Below are positions 59,452 to 64,000 of a DNA stretch of 64,000 bases, piece after piece. How positions within the stretch are numbered: the stretch's first letter is position 1; every line of letters begins with the position of its first letter. The DNA is taken from contig OZ024741.1 in NCBI GenBank assembly GCA_964016885.1, forward strand, positions 308,636,001 through 308,700,000, written 5' to 3'. This DNA is from Eledone cirrhosa (taxonomy: Eukaryota). Under the pieces are notes generated by a model. It searched no databases and was not told the DNA's origin. It saw only the letters and a list, made by a program, of their open reading frames with translations. The translations under genes and the position numbers were made by a program.

Positions 59452-60690
59452 AACTTTGATAACTTTGATAGGTTTCGGCCAGTATTGACCCAGGTCATGT
59501 CTAACTTAATAGCACCACCTGGCGAAGTCTTACAAATCAGTGTTTGGGCACCATGGCCCACTCGAGTTATTGTTTACGGAGGCATATCCGGGTGTAGGAG
59601 GCTTATCCGGGTTTTCTTGAAGGAATTTATCCAAAGACTTCTTGAACTTGATGGGGTCCGTCTCTGCTTTGATGTGTTTTGGTGTAATGTTAAAGAGTGC
59701 AGGGCCAATTGAGGTGAAATAATTGTGCCGTATTGTTGTTATGTGATGCGAGTGGGATTTTTGTCGTGGGCGGATAGCACGGGGCCCAAGCCTTGGGTGT
59801 ACACTAAAGGTGATGCCAACATCATTTGGGCTAAGCTGATGGAATATTTTCCACATCATACAGATAATGTAGCGCTCACGGCGACGTTGAAGAGAATAAA
59901 GTTTTGAGCTTTTCTAATCGACCCCAATAGTCAAGGCCTGTCATACCAACTATCTTTTTTGTAATTGACCTTTGGGGTGCTTCAACTTTCATGATACTTT
60001 GTTTCATGTGGGGTGACCACAGTGGACAACACTATTCAAGGTGGGGTCGGGCAAAAGTGGAGAAGAGAAGGACAACAGTGTGGATATCTCTCGACTGGAA
60101 AGTTCTGAGAATCCAGGAACACATTCTGCGGGCCATATCAACTTTGCTGTTTATATGAGTGGCCCAGCTTATATTGTTGTCCACAATTACTCCCAGGTCT
60201 CTGATGTTATTGGAAGCCACTAGAGTTTCACCCGAAGGAAGAGAGTATGGTAGTTTCACAGCATCCTTTTTTCCAAAGTGGATTAGTTCAAATTTATCCT
60301 CATTCATCTCTGCCCATTGGATAAGAGCCAGTAGGTCTGACTGAAGGCAAGTCCGGTCACCCACCTCATTGATGACCCTTTGGAGCTTGGAATCATCTGC
60401 GAAGATTCTGATGTTACTGTATTTGATGATGTCAGTAATGTCATTAATGTAGATGATGAAAAGAAGTGGGCCCAACACAGTGCCTTGTGGGACGCCACTG
60501 CGGACTTTGGCAGAGCTTGATTTTACTCCTTCGACTACAACATGCTGGGTTCTGCCTGTTAGGAAACATTTGATCCACTGTAGTAACCTTCCAGAGACAC
60601 CAACAATGGATAGTTTTTTCAGTAGAATCTTATAATCAACCCTGTCGAAGGCCTTGCTGAAATCAAGGTAGATCACATCATCAGCCGTAT
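59452..60690 (-). pseudogene. 5'-truncated CR1/L2-group LINE reverse transcriptase
   Basis: ORF 60032-60709: YLDFSKAFDRV...SGVPQGTVLGPLLFIIYIND...FADDSKL. Continues through a stop and frameshifts (YSLQRRRERY, ORF 59530-59859) to a (TATCAAAGT)2 tail. Confidence 0.93.
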
Positions 60691-60702
60691 TCCCAATTTT
60701 TG

Positions 60703-60952
60703 CTCCCAAAAGTCAGCTCAAAAGTGACACAGAGGAGACTGAGGTTAGCTGGCCACGTTCACCGACATCCAGAGTTGACATTGCACTCAGTGCTCCTGGA
60801 AGAGGAAGACCAAGGTTAACATATGTTGATGCCCTAAGGACAGACACTGGTCTGTTGGAGACGCAGGACATGGCAGTGGTAATGAGGTACAGAGACCGCT
60901 GGAGAGAACTCGTCCATGGATCTCGGGAATTTTACCCGCCCTAGAATAGAAT
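60703..60952 (+). pseudogene. RTE/RTEX-type LINE 3' fragment
   Basis: LPKVSSKVTQRRLRLAGHVHRHPE..., frameshift, GRGRPRLTYVDALRTDTG...RDRWRELV..*, short (TAGAA)2 tail. Confidence 0.75.
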
Positions 60953-61016
60953 ATATAGGAAAAAGTTTTTCCTATTACCCACTCTAACCATCTGGTTCCT
61001 TACCACACTTCCTTCG

Positions 61017-61066
<50 letters not shown>

Positions 61067-61155
61067 ATATATATATATCTATATATATCCAAACGGAACC
61101 TGAATCAATAAGGTCTAGTTTCTGGGGTATGTCACTATTTATAAAACAAACTTTG

Positions 61156-61219
61156 TATTTTATCTGATGAGAGCGTACCAAGGTTTTTGGTACCCTTGAA
61201 ATATATATATAATAAAATA
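61156..61219 (+). ncRNA. Minimal type I hammerhead ribozyme in element 61089-61355
   Basis: UAUUUUAU-CUGAUGA-GAGcGUACCAA GGUUU UUGGUACcCUU-GAAA-UAUAUAUA-UA-AUAAAAUA. Confidence 0.78.
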
Positions 61220-61351
61220 AATATGGTTTTATAAATAAAGTTTCCATTTATTAATATCATTGATATTATACTCCAGGAAACTGTTGAGTGCTTCGAATCT
61301 GTTATAAATAAATTTGTTGAATTACCAACAAATTAAATTAACTATATCTTT

Positions 61352-61395
<44 letters not shown>

Positions 61396-61431
61396 ATACT
61401 TTGGGAGGGTCATGTTGCCAATAATATATAA

Positions 61432-61470
<39 letters not shown>

Positions 61471-61510
61471 CGTTTCTGAATTTGTTGGCAACATGACCCT
61501 CCCAAAGTAT

Positions 61511-61564
<54 letters not shown>

Positions 61565-61582
61565 GCGTGTGTGTGTGTTTAC

Positions 61583-61624
<42 letters not shown>

Positions 61625-61725
61625 GTAAACACACACACACACACGCATATATACAGACAGAGGAGACAAACAGGCATATACATCCATTTAAAAAGCAACA
61701 CAATTATTAACCAATACATATTCAG

Positions 61726-61765
<40 letters not shown>

Positions 61766-61965
61766 GCATATACACATACAGCTACAAACACACCGACATT
61801 CACACCAAGCAGGCTAAGACACACAGCACATATTTGTACATCTGTATGATATCATATATATCATGTAATGATATTGAATAAATGATAAACTCACTTCGCC
61901 ATCTTTGTGACTATTGATTGAAATTATCACCATTATTATTATTACATTTACCATCATCATCATCA

Positions 61966-62000
<35 letters not shown>

Positions 62001-62409
62001 GATTTTCTCAAAGAATATTACGTTAAGATATATTAATTTCTCTTTTCATCTGCATTTCCTATCTTCTCCATTTGAACATATTATCTGACACTACTACTAC
62101 TGCTACTGCTACTACTTTCTTCACCGTCCCCACCATCTCACCATAAGCAGTAGCATTCCAACTACTACTACTACTACTACTACGACCATCATCACCACTG
62201 TCCACCTCATCACCCCTCCCCCCCCCTACTACCACCACTAGTACAATCCCCTTCATCCAACTGCCACCGTCTTCATCATCACCTCTACCATCACTACTAC
62301 TACTACTACTACTACTACCAACATAATTGTGATTATGCATTAATCTAATCTGCTGAGGCAACATTCCTCAGTATTCTCCAACTACACTTATTATTATTAC
62401 TGTGTCTAA

Positions 62410-63155
62410 AGGGTAGTGGATTGGCAGAATCGGTAGAGCGTCGGACGCTATGCTTTGTGACATATAGTTACGGCCCTTTACATTCTGAGTTCAAATCCTG
62501 CCGAGGTTAGCTTTGCCTTTCATCTTTACAGGGTCGATAAAATAAAGCACCAGTAATGCACTGGGGTCAATTTAATCGACTTTCCCCTACCCCCAAATTG
62601 TTGGCCTTTAGAGCGTCAGACACCATGCTTTGCAGCATAGAGTTATAGCCTTTAACTTTGCCTTTCATCCTTACTGGGTCGATCGGTAGAGCGTCGGACA
62701 TGCTTTCCAGCATAGTTACGTCCCTTTACGATCTGAGTTCAAATCCTGCCGAGGTTAACGTTGCCTTTCATCCTTACGGGGTCGATAAAATAAAGTACCA
62801 GTAATGCACTGGATAATTGCTGACCTTGTGCCTAAAGTAGAAACCATTATTACTGTGTCTATTATTTACTATATTCTCTAGTCTAATCTATTGAGACATT
62901 ATTCCTAGATATTCAACCACCACAGTTACTAATACTACCTTCACTACTATGATTGTAGATTGGCAGAATCGTTAGAGCATCAGAAAAAGTGATTTTTGGT
63001 ATATGTTCCTGCTCTTTACATTCTCAGTTCATATCCTGCAGAAGTCGATTTTGTCTTTCATCCTTCCCAATTCAAAAGTACTAGTTAATTACTGAGATCA
63101 ATATAACTGACTCTGCCCTCCAAATAATTTGCTGGCCTTGTGCCTAAATTTGGAT
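62410..63155 (+). mobile_element. Cluster of SINE family A copies
   Basis: Four full or partial head-to-tail copies. Confidence 0.85.
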
Positions 63156-64000
63156 TCCTTATTTACTATATTATATAAATATGTTTATTTTGGTTAAACA
63201 CACACACAAAAAGAAAGCAGTATTGGATAGGACTATAAATGCCATAAATGAGAGAAAAGGGAGGGGAAGGGCAAGGACTAGTAGACAAAGGAAGAAAGAA
63301 AGGGGAAAGAGGAGAGAGAGGGTGACAGACTCTACAGCTAGGTTAGAGTGATGTCTTGGCTGTACCCAGCAGACAAAATGACAAAGGTATTTCTGTAGAC
63401 AATGGCCAGTGACACATGTGGGGCTCCTTCCTCAGATAGGCTGCTATCTATCCAATTTTACTATATTATATCCTATATTATTACTATATTCTATACTTTA
63501 ATCAAGAAACCATTTCTGGGTATTTTACCACCACAGTTATCCTTATTACTATAGATACGATGATGGCAGATTTGCAGAAGTGTTAGAGCATCAGAAAAAA
63601 TGATTTATGGTATTTATCCTGACTCTTTATTGACTGAGTTCAATTCTAGGGTTAATGAAATAAAGTACCACTGAAATACTGTGATGATATAATTGAATTT
63701 CTCTTCTCCAAAGATTACCAGCATTATGCCTAAATAAGATATCATGACTGACCCAAGGTTTGCACATGGAAATTACCTCTACAAGGCATGAGCTGGATGT
63801 GGATAACCAACAGTCTCCCATAAACACAGGTTTCCTGTATTCATGATACCAATGTTTTCCAGTAAAAAAGAATAGGCTGGTACAGCTTGGCTCTGGTGTC
63901 CGGCGTAACAAATTTTTTACCAGCTGAGTAAACTGGAGCAATGTAAAATAAAGTGTTTTGCTCAAGAGCACAATATGCCATCTGGTCTGGGAATAGGCCT

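Overview
AT-rich, repeat-saturated non-coding DNA from an animal genome. A coleoid cephalopod (octopus-like) origin is my inference from the SINE and RTE families and the extreme (TA)n/(CA)n density. No host protein-coding gene can be supported, and almost all ORFs in the track are microsatellite artefacts. Supported content: one tRNA-Val(CAC); a 5.1-kb 29-bp satellite and a 2-kb 24-bp satellite; a 2.6-kb CAC/CAT/CTA array; two tRNA-derived SINE families; 5'-truncated RTE, RTE/RTEX and CR1/L2-type LINE fragments; and piggyBac-, Tigger- and mariner-type MITEs. The most interesting signal is a set of about 15 short non-coding elements from several sequence-unrelated families, embedded in (TA)n tracts. 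Many carry minimal type-I hammerhead ribozyme motifs and form fold-back (inverted) pairs, as Penelope-like retroelement pLTRs do. Most share a covarying 3' hairpin, RCUC-stem-loop-stem-(U/UU bulge)-GAGY, 35-66 nt from the (TA)n tail. The inverted copy repeatedly ends 5-18 nt before that hairpin, which suggests a conserved cis-signal that sets a reverse-transcription boundary.
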